DNA of 64,000 nucleotides from Azolla caroliniana (taxonomy: Eukaryota > Plantae > Polypodiophyta). The position numbers were made by a program, and so were the translations under genes. This document shows positions 1-11,590 of the stretch, one piece after another. The notes beneath the pieces are model-generated. The model worked only from the letters and a program-made list of their open reading frames with translations, did no database searches and was not told the DNA's origin. Position 1 is the first letter of the stretch. Every line of letters begins with the position of its first letter. The stretch spans positions 13,702,001 through 13,766,000 of the forward strand of contig JBHGNT010000018.1 of NCBI GenBank assembly GCA_043228905.1. Reading direction: 5' to 3'.

Positions 1-684
1 TTCTTTGGTTTCAGCCGGTGTGTCCAGTCGAATCGGTCCTTGTTCTTCTCCCTGGCCACGTACAACTTCGCTTTCGCTCGTTCCACGTCCTCCGGTCTCT
101 GCTCAAGATGGTGAATCCGCATGGCTAATAGCTCCTCCCGACTCATTTCGTCTGTCCAGCCGATCGCCACCCATGAAGAGATTGTCCATTCCATTGGCAT
201 GATCGGCTTCTGCCCATACATGAGATCTACCGGCATAAACTCGATCATCAAACTGTGCGTAGTTCGGTCCGCCCACAATGCGTAAGGTAAGAACCTTGGT
301 CAATTCCCGACTTGTCCCTCGTAGGCCCGTACTAATGCCTTCACAATTGGCCCGTGTTCGTGCTCCACCTTCCCGTTCGCCTCCAGATTGTACGCCGTCA
401 TGAGAGAGAGTTTTAACCCTAACCGGCCGAACAACTCTTCAACTTCCTATGCGTCCAGCTCTCCCCGGTAGGCCACGATCTTCCCCACGTATCCGTATCG
501 TCAAACCACCTCTTGGATTAGGAATCAACATACGGCCGCAGTCATTTTGTTCTGCAACACGACCCTCCACTTGGTTCGTCAGATCCTCTCGCGCAAGCAC
601 TAGGTACCGCATTTGCCCCACTCGCACCGGCATTGTCACTAGATCCACCATCCATTTGAAGTGGATGGTCAACGGGTAGGTCGA
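1..684 (-). pseudogene. Integrase core/C-terminal fragment of element A
   Basis: TYPLTIHFKWMVDLVTMP..RYLVLAREDLTNQVEGR; continues the coding sequence interrupted at 3251. Confidence 0.85.
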
Positions 685-1147
685 TGTTGTATGTTTTAGG
701 GTTAGGGTTAATGGTAATGATGATTGGTGATGGAGATGGTGTGTTTGATGAGGATGGGATTGATGGTGAGAGAGATGGCAAGCATTGAGAAGCATTGTGG
801 GGTGGGGGGTCACGGGTGGTGCCTAGAATGGCTCCACCCCCCTCCTAAGGGGGTTCAACGTTAAGGGGGGGGGGGGGAGGGAGAGAGAGAGAGAGAGAGA
901 GAAATGGTTATTGTCTTCATTCATTCCCCATAAGGGGTTAAATAGGTACAAAGGGGTAGATCCACAAGGGTGCAAGCCCCCTTGGCATTCACACCTAGTC
1001 ACTCACTCACACCTCTTTGTATCTACCACACTCACACTTACATTCACACTCATAATTGTATAAAATCACACATACATATCCACACATTACATCTTTCACC
1101 CTCACTTATCGCACTTATCAATCACCCGTACATCTCGTACGGTAACA
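685..1147 (-). repeat. 3' LTR of N1 (TGTTACC...AACA on minus), with a (GA)n tract and TTAGGG-like repeats at the U5 end
   Basis: Near-identical to 2817-3245; shares a segment with the LTR at 58618-58961. Confidence 0.85.
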
Positions 1148-1240
1148 CAATATGGCACACTCGTGGGAGAGTGCCTTGCACGTCGATCCCACATGCCTTG
1201 ATCATAATCTTTCTTCGACAAGAATTTTCATCGGTCCTCT

Positions 1241-1461
1241 CAACGATCGACTCCCTCGATCGGAGCGCTTGACTCAAACATCGTTGTCGGTCAGCGAATC
1301 TTCATCGACGCGAACATTCTCGTTCTGTCGTTCACGAAGTTCGGTAACATCAACGATCGACTCCCTCGATTGGAGCGCTTGACTCGAACATCTCCATCGG
1401 TTAGCGAATCTTCATCGACACGAACATTCCCATTCTGTCGGTTCATGAACTTCGGTAACAT
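1241..1461. repeat. Two tandem copies of a 110-bp unit, each starting with a hairpin
   Basis: CAACGATCGACTCCCTCGAT at 1241 and 1351; stem CGATCGA/TCGATCG. Confidence 0.9.
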
Positions 1462-2816
1462 CATTTGGGTTGTCAAAAAAACGTCGTATGTATGTGTGTT
1501 CTTCTTTGTATCTTGTGAGTTGTGTGTGGATCGTGTCCATTTCTTTTAGGTTCATGAGTTTTTGAAATTCCGTAGGTGCCCTTTGATTTTTAAAATTCTA
1601 TCATGTACCCTTATGTTTTTAAAGTTATGCTTGATACCCCTTAAATGTTTTAAAATTTCATGGATGCCCTCATCTCCGTTTTTCCCTCTCTCTTTTTTCT
1701 GTTTGCTTTTGTCTCTCCCACTCGTGTTTGTCTGTCCATGCCTTTCTCTTCTTCCATGAATTCTTCTTTCTCTTCCTTCTCTGTTCATCAACGGCTACAT
1801 CTCCTTCCGCTTCTTCTTCTATGCATTTCCCTTCTCTCATCTTCTTATTTTCTGCATGTCTGCATCTTTCTTCTCTGCATTGTCTTTGTTTTGGTTGTTG
1901 TGGTTGGTCGTCTGTCCAGCCCATCTGGCCACTCTGGCCACTGTTCGGCTATTCTGGCCGCTTCGGCCGCTTGGCCGCTTGTCCGTCTCCATCTCCCGCT
2001 GTGGCCATCTCAGACCGTTGATGTCATCCTTGTTTGGCCGCCTCCGTTCTGGTGCCATTCGGCCACTACGACTGCTCTTAGGTCGCTCTCCGGCCTCTCC
2101 TCCGTCACTGTCAGTGTCCAGTCGTCGTCGTCATCTTCCGACTGTGTGTTCGATCCGTCGTCCCGGCCCTTGGTGGCTCGGCTGCTCCAACCTTTGTCTG
2201 GCTATTCCGATTGGTTTGGTTGCTTTTCAGCCGCTGTCGGTCACTCCTACTGCTTCGTCTATTGTCCGGCCACTTTGACCACTCTTCGTTTTCCGATCTG
2301 GTAGTCCTATTCGATCCATTTCGATGTCTCTGTCACCGTTGCTTATCTGTCTCTGTCCAGGCCCGTCCACTGGCTCCATCATCATCCCAACCGTCTCCAA
2401 TGCCATCTTTGTCAGTTTGTTTGTCCGGCCGTCTCGATTTCCGTTCATCATTGTCCTATACAACGCTTGTCTTTTTTGCCGTGTCTGTATGTCTCTTCGT
2501 CTCCGTCCATTTTTGTTTTTCTAGACATCGCCATCATGCTCTTTTCTTTCTCTTTTATTTTGCGATTAGATTCGAGCCAAATAGACCCAACCTAAACCAA
2601 CAAAACACACTCGAAATACCATTGTTCGCAGCGAAATCGTGCAGTAGAGAATATGTCATTTCCCGCTTCACTCGCACATACTTTCGCCGAAACATCGTTA
2701 GCGTCATTTGCATGTTTCTGCCATTTCTTGCACTTAGTCGCTATTGGCTTGTATCTCCACGTATCATTCTTCGACTCCGTCTCCAAAGGGGGGTTGCCTT
2801 AGTGGTCGCCAAAAGG

Positions 2817-3010
2817 TGTTGTAGGTTTTTAGGGTTAGGGTAGAGGATGAGGATGAATGGTAATGGTTGATGATGAAGATAAATATGGTGAGTGTGATGA
2901 TAGCAATGGAGATGGTGATCGGTGCAGGATGTGCATTGAGAAGCATTGTGGGGTGGGGGGTGGTGCCTAGAATGGCTCCACCCCCCTCCTAAGGGGGTTC
3001 AACGTTAAGG

Positions 3011-3051
<41 letters not shown>

Positions 3052-3250
3052 GGTTATTGTCTTCATTCATTCCCCATAAGGGGCTAAATAGGTACAAAGG
3101 GGTAGATCCACAAGGGTGCAAGCCCCCTTGGCATTCACACCTAGTCACTCACTCACACCTCTTTGTATCTACCACACTCACACTTACATTCACACTCATA
3201 ATCGTATAAAATCACACATACATATCCACACATTACATCTTTCACATACA
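2817..3250 (-). repeat. 5' LTR of N1 (outer end truncated)
   Basis: Direct repeat of 685-1099; adjacent PBS-like motif at 2801-2811. Confidence 0.8.
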
Positions 3251-6200
3251 TAATCGTCTCTGTGCCAGAACGTAGAATGCATTTGGCAGGTTTCGCAGGT
3301 TATCACGACTCGGTGTGTGTCATGGTACATTCTTGGCCACCAATATTTTCCCTTTAGCTTCTTGAACATGGCTCACGTTCCGCGGTGTCCGGCCCAAGGG
3401 CTCTCATGGTACGCTGAGAACAGGGCCTTCTGCTCTCCCCTTCTTATCACTACACGGAGCGGAGCGTCATTATGCTTCTTCGGATGCCTCCATATACTTT
3501 CATTCCGTAAGAAGAACTGATACGCCTTCTTCCAGATCCTGATCGCCTCATCCCTCCTCCATGTCGCGTCCGGCGTTAATGTCCTCAAGAATCTGCCTAT
3601 CCGGAGTCACTCCCCTTCGTACTCGTTCTCGTTGAACTCGTTCGGTGCTGGAGTGTTCCCCTCCATCTCCATCACTTGAGCCGACTCGAAGAAGTCCACA
3701 CCAACTTCTTCAACTTTTGATACCATGCCGTCTTCGTCATCAAACCGCACTCTCAAAAGCATATCGTCCATGGTGTTGTCTTTCCTGGAGATATGCCGAA
3801 TCTCCGGATTTAGGGACTTGATGTACGGATCCACCTAAGCATAGCCAGGTCCGGAGTCACACATCCGGAAACCATATCGAGAATCGGTAGGCAGTCTGTC
3901 TCGATCACGACCTCTGCCCCAATCAAATAGTCCTTGTCGGCCTTAACCGCTGAAACAATACCCCAAAGTTCGTGTTTAACCTAGGCGTATCCTCGTTGCC
4001 GCTCACTTAATACTTTCGCTTTGAATCGGATGGGGAACCTTTAACCGTCTTCGTCTTTCTGATTGATCACCCATCTGATTCCAGTCGGACTCATATCCAC
4101 CGTCACGTAAATTGGGGTACCCTTTTCATAAAACGCCTTTTGGAAGGCTGGGGCCACGGCTAGTGCCTCCTTTAACCTCCGAATCGACTCCGCATGCTCC
4201 TCGTTCCATTCGAATTTACTCCATTTCTTCAGTAGCCCGTAGAGTAGTTCCACGAAGTGCGCGTAATGCGGAATCCAGATATGGTAAAATGCGCACGCTC
4301 CCAGGAACCTTCGTAACCGACTTGCATTCTTCCTTCATTGCGGAGATGGCTTCTACCTTTGCCAAAGGCGGTTTCCGGCCGTACGGCCCACACTAGTGCC
4401 CAACCACCAAGATTTCGGACTGCATAAAAGCCGACTTCTCTCCGAAGAGGGTGAGCTAAGCGCCTTCGAGCCTCTGCAGTACCCTTTCGCAATCGTTGAT
4501 ATGAAATGCCACGAACCTCCGGCATCCGTCCGGTCCAACCGATTCATCCTTCTCTTCTACCGGACATCCCTTGATCAGGATGTCGTCCAAAAACAACATG
4601 GTGATGTCCGGGATGCAGTCCCTCAACACTTTGTTCATTTCGTTCACCATGTTTGCCACTGAGTTGGTCCCTCCTTGCAATAGGGTACACATCCGCACTA
4701 AGCCAAGAGGGGTCCGCATTGTCATGATATCCCTGCTTCCTATAGCTAGTTGGAATTGATCGTAGCTAGAGTATAAATCTCCGACCGAGTAGATCGACCT
4801 TCTAGCGAAGGCCTCCGCGAACTCATCGATGGTTGGACTGATTCTTGTGTTCCGAATGGTCACTTTATTGACCGACTGTAGTTCTTGAATGAAGCGCAAT
4901 GTGTAGTTCTTTTTTGGCACCGTAAACCATTGGTTTGAATATGGGGCACTCGACGGCTCGAGGATGCCCATCTCCACCTTTGGGATGTGAGCTCTTGGTA
5001 CTGAGATTGGTTTGAGGTTCCACGGCACATGCGACACCGTGAAGATAACCATCAACTCCACGACGGTCGGGTTGACGCACCTGATCTCCTCCGGCGAGAA
5101 TGCAAAGGCCTTCCCGTGCCTCTCGAGCATCCTTCGAAACTGGTCCTCTTTTGTGGGCAATACGAAGCCACCCCCATTGATTTTCAGCTCCCGTAGTGTC
5201 TCGTTGGTGAACCGGTGCCCTATGCAGGCCGAATTCCGCAGACTTGGGTCTGACGTGACCTCCTTCATTCGCTCCTCGCTGCCCTCTGGCAAGGGAGCCG
5301 CGATCGGCCTTACCTTCTGGTCCACAGTCTTGTACTTGGTGTCAACTTGGGCCGTCTTCTCTAACCCAATCATCTCTTTGAAGTCCGCGATGACTTCGTA
5401 CATTTCTATGGAATTGACCGGAATCACCCGGTCTTTGCTTAGGCCTTCTTTGGCTACCCTTTCGATATCCCCAAGGGTGTCGTCGAATGAGACCACCTCC
5501 ACGGTGCCGCTAATCTCGTTGTTAGAGCCAAGGGGACTGCATGCCCTTAAACGCTCTTCGAGCCGCTTCTTTTCCCGACCGCTGACATCGGCTATAGTAC
5601 AACCTCCGATGTTGGAGAACCAACAATTCTTACCTATGGTACATGTGTGGGGTTTCTCTGGGGTGTCCGGACTACCATGGCCCCACGCCTTGATGGCCAG
5701 GTGCGAGGAGGTCTCCTGTACAAAAAAGTGTTGATCAACTCGACATTGCCAATATTCACGCGTACATTCGGGCACACCCCATGTAGCTCCTCCATAGCGC
5801 GCGTACCCGCGAGTATTTTCCATCTGTGCTTGGTGTTGATCGGCCACTTCCCTTTCTTGTAGAAATCCATGGACATTAGGTTGATTTCGGATCCATGGTC
5901 TCTTAGCGCCACCACTGGTTCCTGGACGTTCCCGATCCGAATGGGAGTTTCCGTAGTTACCCTTGCCCAGTGCGGCTTCGAATAGTGGCTCTCTGCCACT
6001 TCATCTTCCATGACCGCGTCATTCAAGTGCGTCGTTCGTACCTCCACGGGCTTCTCCGGTTCTGGCTTCGCGATGAGCCTCTTGCGCATCACCAAGTCCA
6101 CGGTGGAGTCGTGGAACTCCTTGGCGATCCCTAGCACTTCCCTTAGAGTTAGCTCTACTCGGATGTCAAGGATCCGTTCTTCGAGGACTTTCCACAAGTC

Positions 6201-6901
6201 CGTCATCTTTCTATTTCCGTGCCCAGCCGGTAGCCTGCCGGCTTCAACCTTTCCTGTAAGCCGAAATTATCGGCATCATTCTTCTTTGGCACACTCCACG
6301 TCTCGTATTGGTTGGAGGGCCCGACTCCTCCGCCCTTCCCTACTTGCTTGTCCTCCACCAGAACCTCATAGTTTTGGCACGTCGCTTCCACGAAACTAGA
6401 CTTCTCCTCGACCGGATCGTTCCACCCCGTAACCTCTTGAACCCGCTTCTCCGCGCGGTCCGCTTCCTCCTTCCTCAGTCGTACTCCGGAGAGGCCTTCT
6501 AGCACCAACAACTAGAACCTGGAGTCTTTTGACTTCAGGCCGTCGTCACCCCCAACCCGAATTCCAACCGACGCCGAATAATGGACGGCCTCGGCGTGTC
6601 TCGCCGCAACTTCTTCCATCAATCGCTTCATTCCACCCTGACCGGTATTCAACTCTAGGGGTTTCCGGGTCTCATATGCATGTACCTGTCCGTTCCATAG
6701 GTACACTACATCACTTCTGAGTGCCTTAGCAAAGTCGACACACTCTCTCCGGATGTGATCGACTGCATCAAACCACATGCATCGTTGGTCAGTTGGAGGC
6801 CTTTGATCGCGAGACGGTCCTCCGTTTTCTCTCCGGGCCTGTGCGATTTGGAGATCACGTACCATCTTTGTCAGATTTTCTAGAGCCGTGCCCCCGGATG
6901 G
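3251..6901 (-). pseudogene. gag C-terminus, protease, RT, RNase H and integrase N-terminus of element A
   Basis: ORFs 6512-6919 (degenerate knuckle CMWFDAVDHIRREC), 5634-6206 (protease), 4456-5847 (RT, FLDD), 4041-4253 (RNase H, VTVDMSPTGI), 3373-3588 (YHESPWAGHRG). Confidence 0.9.
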
Positions 6902-8204
6902 TGTCGTGTGAATCTTCACACACTATCTAAAAAAATAATGAAATAATTATTATAGATTAGATTAGTAGCTTACTGTAGAAAGATGGATATACTCAAGAGC
7001 TTCAAAACGTATTTTACTATATACAAAATGTAGAAATACATATCAAGTTATGTGAAAATGAAGTTTGAGAAGATAGGGAAATTAGAACTATCCCACATAG
7101 ATAGGAAACTTAAGGCCTTGACTATATAAGCACCTTGAGCTCCCTCATTTTTCATTTGTGCTAAGAGCACTTCGGCCACTTTGTCTTGATGGATGATGGT
7201 GGCCAAGTTCCCAAAAATCGGAAACCGGCCGGTAAGCAAATCTGGAAACCGGTTAGTAAGCAAATCCGGAAACCGATCGGTAAGCAAAACCAGAATTGGA
7301 ACCGGCAAGCAAACTAGAACTGGAACCGGCCGGTAAGCAAAACTGGAACTGGTCGGCAAGCAAAATCGGAAATTGGCGGGTAAGCAAATCTGGAAACCGG
7401 TCGGTAAGCAAAATCGGAATCGGAACCGGTCGTCAAGCAAACCGGAACCGGCTGGCAAGCAAAATGGAACCGGTTGGCGAGGGATTTGGCAATCGGGCGG
7501 AACCAGCTACCGAACGAGGTTGGACGGGGATGGACGGAAGATTGGATCATGCAACAAACTAAAGTAAAGTGAAGAGAACTAAAGTAAAGGCCATGTGGAC
7601 GTAAGCAACTAAAGTTGGAGTGCATGCAAAAAGTAAAGGTCATGTGGACGATCGCATGCAACTAAAAGAAAAAGTCTGCAACTAAAAATAGATGCAACTA
7701 AAAGAAAAAGCTAAGCAACTAAAAGTAGAGGCCATGCAACAAAAAGTGGACATGCAGATGATCAAGGGAGAACTTCATATAAAATTCCATTTTTTTTCCT
7801 ACACTCATGCTTTCTCCATATTATCTTAATTTTTTTTCTTTTCCTTCGGAGCTCCCCTATCTTATCAAAGCCATATCTCTCAAGTAAACCCTAATTTCCT
7901 AATCAAAGTCATACAACTCAAAAACCCTAATTTTCGAATTGAAGCTAAAAACCCTAATATTCTAATTAAAATCCATATCTCATTTCTTCTAATCTATTAC
8001 TCTAGCTATCTCCATTAGCAAACTTTTTGTAATCCCAATCTTGGGATTAATTGTAATCTTTCTTTCTACTTGTTAATGAAATTTGTTAATCTTTCTCATT
8101 TTGGTTAATTCTTAGTACATAAATACACGATTTTGATATCTTATGGTCAAAGGCCCCAGGGTCTTGCCTCAACGTTCACGTATCCTCGTCGTATTTTTGC
8201 GACA
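6902..8204. mobile_element. Solo LTR S1 (1303 bp) with internal tandem arrays
   Basis: TGTCG...CGACA termini; 4-bp TSD ATGG (6898-6901) / ACGG (8205-8208); homologous to 55846-57301; splits the gag of A. Confidence 0.85.
7215..7510. repeat. Array of about 21-28-bp units (GAAACCGGCCGGTAAGCAAA consensus) inside S1
   Basis: Repeated AACCGG...TAAGCAAA; the same array occurs at about 56160-56580. Confidence 0.9.
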
Positions 8205-8941
8205 ACGGCCTTTGACCACATCGGTTGGGACTAGGCCCAACTCGAGCCACCTTCGAGTCTATTCCGTCCGTGCCAGAATCGGCTCCTCCAACTTCTTCCT
8301 ATGTCCATGGCCGGTCATTAGAGACTCCGGATCACTCCATTCTCACCTTTTGTCAAAACGGCTACAAACCCCTTTTACCACGGCCCAATCGGCCGTGAGC
8401 CCTTCATCCGTCTCCAATAGGGGGCCCACCTTCTCCCGATTGCGTGCGTCTACCGACTTGATGAATAGTAGGACCCGGCTCGTATCAAGCACGGACCGGT
8501 CCAGTGCTGAGAGCCGAGCGAATCGTCTCTCGAACTCTTGGAGTTGCACCGATGTGTTCCTCCCCTTCTAGGGCTCTCGAACCACTCCATGAACTCCCGC
8601 TTCGACAACCAAAACGAGTCTTCGAAACCATACCTCTCGAGGAGCCGTCCTTCGAACTCCTCCCAGTTCCGGTAGCCACCATGTACCTCAAGCACCTCTG
8701 TATGAATGCTTGGTGTCACCACCCGAAGGAATCCGGAAAACTATATGTCCTCCGAGATGTCCCTCATCATCATCTCGGCTCGATAGGCCTCAAGATAGCT
8801 TGTCACGTTCTTCCCACCAAATCGGCCTATTGTGCCAACAATAGATTCGATGGCCCTATCAAGGGCACTCGAGCCCTCATGAGCGCTCATTAGGTGGTCA
8901 ATAGCTACCGCCATGGCTTCAACAAGCTCACTTCCTCTCAT
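8205..8941 (-). pseudogene. gag N-terminal part of element A
   Basis: MRGSELVEAMAV...GRFGGKNVTSYLEAYRAEM...; frameshifted pieces 8450-8722 and 8343-8549. Confidence 0.75.
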
Positions 8942-8963
8942 TTTCAGAACCCCTCTACCGCCT

Positions 8964-8983
8964 GATTCACGTTGGGTTCACCA
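8964..8983 (-). promoter_or_regulatory. Primer binding site, tRNA-Trp type
   Basis: Minus strand TGGTGAACCCAACGTGAATC, 5 nt from the LTR end; matches the plant tRNA-Trp 3' end as recalled (GATTCACGTCGGGTTCACCA) with one mismatch. Confidence 0.8.
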
Positions 8984-8988
8984 AATTA

Positions 8989-9698
8989 TGTCACGTTATT
9001 CGGCGTATGCGTGCGAAGCTAGGCGGGACCGCGGGGGCCTCAAACCAAGGAGCCTAAAAGAGGAAGAGCGGGAGGGAGTAATAATCGTAGAAACGATTAA
9101 TGTCAACAACCAGAAGCAATAGACCATGGGATAACACTGGACGCAATCGGCAGGGCCGAGAACATAGTGACACAACGAGGAATTCTGACAACAAATAGAA
9201 TTGATCAGATTACAACTGTCTCAGCCAGGAGCTCAGCTACGAGCTCAACGAACAACAACACCGAGTTACCATGGGGAGGCTTTGTCGGGAGCACACATGC
9301 TTCCTACGCGAGCAGAACGTCAACAGAGGTTACGAAGATAGAGTACGAGTGTTCGATTCCCAGACCAACAACACTTCCTTCTCTCCCCAAAATGTGATAC
9401 CTCACTCAGTCCTCTCTCCCTCCTTTTATAGACCAAGGAGAGAGAGGACTGTTACATCAAGTAGTTAAACCACCGCTTCGGACCGAGATTCTCCTCGATC
9501 TCCTCACGTCACTCTCATATCCCACTGAATCCATGCGAACACTTAAAGTACATGTTAAATCCTAGTTCCTAACGCCTATTAGTCCTATGTTATTTTCATT
9601 TGTCCACACCTGGAGTCTAAGTTTGTCTATATATGTGCAAGCGCCCGATCCCACCGGTTCGACTTTATTTCTCCCCACGGCTGGATTTCGCCATGACA
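8989..9698 (-). repeat. 5' LTR of element A
   Basis: TGTCA...TGACA termini; TATAAAA on minus near 9424-9430; abuts PBS on one side and copia sequence on the other. Confidence 0.75.
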
Positions 9699-10378
9699 AC
9701 GGAGGAGCTGACGGGTTGACAAGCGCCAAAGTCACAATAGTGAAGGAGTTGCGATGGGCCTGTGGTGCAGACAAGTGGTCCAAGTAGGTCGAGGAGCATG
9801 GAACCAGACGGGTCATGGGAAGAGGGACCGGATGGGATGAGGAGCGCAAGTAAGGTGGGAAGACGCTAGGAGGAGCCGGAGGAAAGGACCGACAGACACT
9901 GATACCATGATACAACCTCAAGTTGAGCTTGAGGGGGAGTGTTGAGCAGATAAGCTCAACCGAATCCGGATCCGCTTAATAATAAAGAGTTGGATCGGTA
10001 TCTAGAACTAAGAACCGGATAGGTATCTGGATTGGTAGTCGAATCAAATTGTAGCCGGTAGACCGTTAGAGGGCTACGGTCCTAGCCTAGTACGTAGGCA
10101 TATTTCTTGGAGTTAGTGTCAGTCGCTCGTACGAGCATTGAAGTACATGTCATTACTTCTGTCAGTCCTTTTATGGACTTGTATAAAAGTGCTCATTGAG
10201 CACATTGTATGTACATAGAGTGATATTTTTTAAATTAAGTTTTGTAGTTCTAGTACTCTCTCTATCTCTCCCGCTCTCTCTATGTTCTGTAAAGATTTCA
10301 TCAAACCTTAGTTTCATTTTTTGTTGCTATCCAGTAGAACCAGTTGTGTCTACAAGCTTCCGCACGCAATTCTTTACA
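9699..10378 (+). mobile_element. 3' end of a Ty1/copia element: 3' spacer, PPT and 3' LTR (9940-10378)
   Basis: GAGGGGGAG PPT at 9931-9939, then TGTTGAG...TTTACA; homologous to LTRs 11591-12015 and 22357-22816. Confidence 0.85.
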
Positions 10379-10387
10379 TGATGACTA

Positions 10388-10815
10388 AGTGAGTCCTCAC
10401 TAGAAATAACAACATGAACGAATGTGAGCGACCATGTGAGGTCCTCACTGGAGTTTGGAGCATCAATGCTCCCTTTTATGACCACCTTTTTGAAAGCGTG
10501 ATGTAGGGGTGAAGGGGAATTGGACCATGTGTTGTCCTCACCGGAGACATGAACACCAAAGGACATGAGCGATCATGTGTGGTCCTCACCAGAGACTAGG
10601 TGAGCGAAAATGTGCGGTCATGACCGGAGACTGGAACACCGACGGGCGTGAGTGACCATATGCAGTCCTCACCGGAGACTGGAACACTAATGGACGTGAG
10701 CGACCATGCGGTCCTCAACGGGAACTAGAACACGAACGGGAGTGAGCCACCAAGCGGTCTACACCGAGGATTGGAACACGAACGGGCATGAGTGATCATT
10801 TGCGGTCCTCACTAG
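10388..10815. repeat. Tandem array of about 9 degenerate 46-48-bp palindromic units
   Basis: Consensus GTGAGCGACCATGTGCGGTCCTCACCGGAGACTGGAACACC..; units near 10424, 10565, 10600, 10648, 10696, 10742, 10788. Confidence 0.85.
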
Positions 10816-10959
10816 GAACGAAACAATAACACATGAAGGAGTGTAGGCGAAGTGGTCAACTAGACTTCTTCTATCATGAGAGGGTAAATAGTCGAGGTTG
10901 ACCCAAAACACGATAGTAATGGTAGCGCAAGCGAGAAACCGACACAATCCTCACCAGGA

Positions 10960-11250
10960 AATCAATCCTCGTCAAAAGAAAGTGGAGTGAAATGTAGACC
11001 AAAATGAAAATGGAGTGCAAGCGAGCAATGATTCGATCCCCACCAAGAAAGTGAGCAGTTGTAACCCCCATTGGAACTGGGAAGGTGAGCAATCAAAATC
11101 GATCCTCGCCAAAGGAAAGTGGAGTGAAACTTGAATCGAAATGAAAATGGAGTGCAAACGAGCAATGATTCGATCCACACCAGGAAAGTGAGTGGTTGTA
11201 ACCCCCACCAAAACTATGAAGGTGAGGGATCAAAATCAATCCTCGCCTAA
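10960..11250. repeat. Tandem repeat, 137-bp unit, two copies plus a partial
   Basis: AATCRATCCTCG recurs at about 10960, 11097 and 11234; the first two continue AAAGTGGAGTGAAA. Confidence 0.85.
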
Positions 11251-11590
11251 ATCGTGATCAAAATGATACCTATAGATGACGACAATGACAATGAAGAGGG
11301 TGGAACAATGATCATAATGAAAGACCATGCAAAGTAGTGTTCATGACGATGAAGGTTGGGCAAAGAGGTGCTGAAAATGATGATGTCGAAGACAAAGATG
11401 TTGATGACAGTAACTCTAGAAGCAAGGATGACGACGATGGTAACTCTAGAAGCAAGGGTGATGATGAAGACGGGTGATGCTCCTACTTGGAAGGGGTTCG
11501 AACTCTCATGGACACACCAATGGTGGACTCGAACAAAGCACGAATGATGGGGTTATAAGCGTAGAACTTAAGAAGATGGGAACCACCCAA

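Larger units (their letters stand above)
685..3250 (-). mobile_element. Non-autonomous LTR element N1 (about 2.6 kb, no pol) inserted in the integrase of A
   Basis: Direct repeats 685-1147 and 2817-3250; the latter lacks about 48 nt of its outer end. PBS-like TGGCGACCACT on minus at 2801-2811. Internal region has no gag/pol motifs. No TSD recoverable. Confidence 0.85.
1..9698 (-). mobile_element. Ty3/gypsy LTR retrotransposon A (tRNA-Trp primed), decayed; 3' end runs off the window; carries two nested insertions
   Basis: Minus strand reads LTR (8989-9698), PBS, gag, protease (DHGSEINLMS), RT (ITMLFLDDILIKG), RNase H, integrase (KYWWP..., KWMVDLVTMP...REDLTNQVEGR) in gypsy order, with many stops and frameshifts. 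Confidence 0.9.

Noticed and set aside
694-710. Telomeric repeat tract
   Set aside because: Only 2-3 units, duplicated as part of the LTR; at most telo-box-like motifs, as are the AAACCCTAA copies in S1/S2.
1660-2843. Hydrophobic ORFs of about 210 aa in N1
   Set aside because: They arise from CT-rich low-complexity sequence and show no domain signature.
688-3250. TGTATG...CATACA inverted ends as the true N1 termini
   Set aside because: No TSD, the second LTR starts TGTTGTAGG, and the intact LTR extends to 1147; probably a chance match.
9612-9664. A/B box pair in the LTR of element A
   Set aside because: GGTTCGACT is in an analogous position, but the A box is a poor match and there is only one copy.
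10388-10815. CRISPR-like palindromic array
   Set aside because: The intervening sequences are similar to each other rather than unique, the repeats are degenerate, no cas genes are present, and the context is eukaryotic TE DNA.
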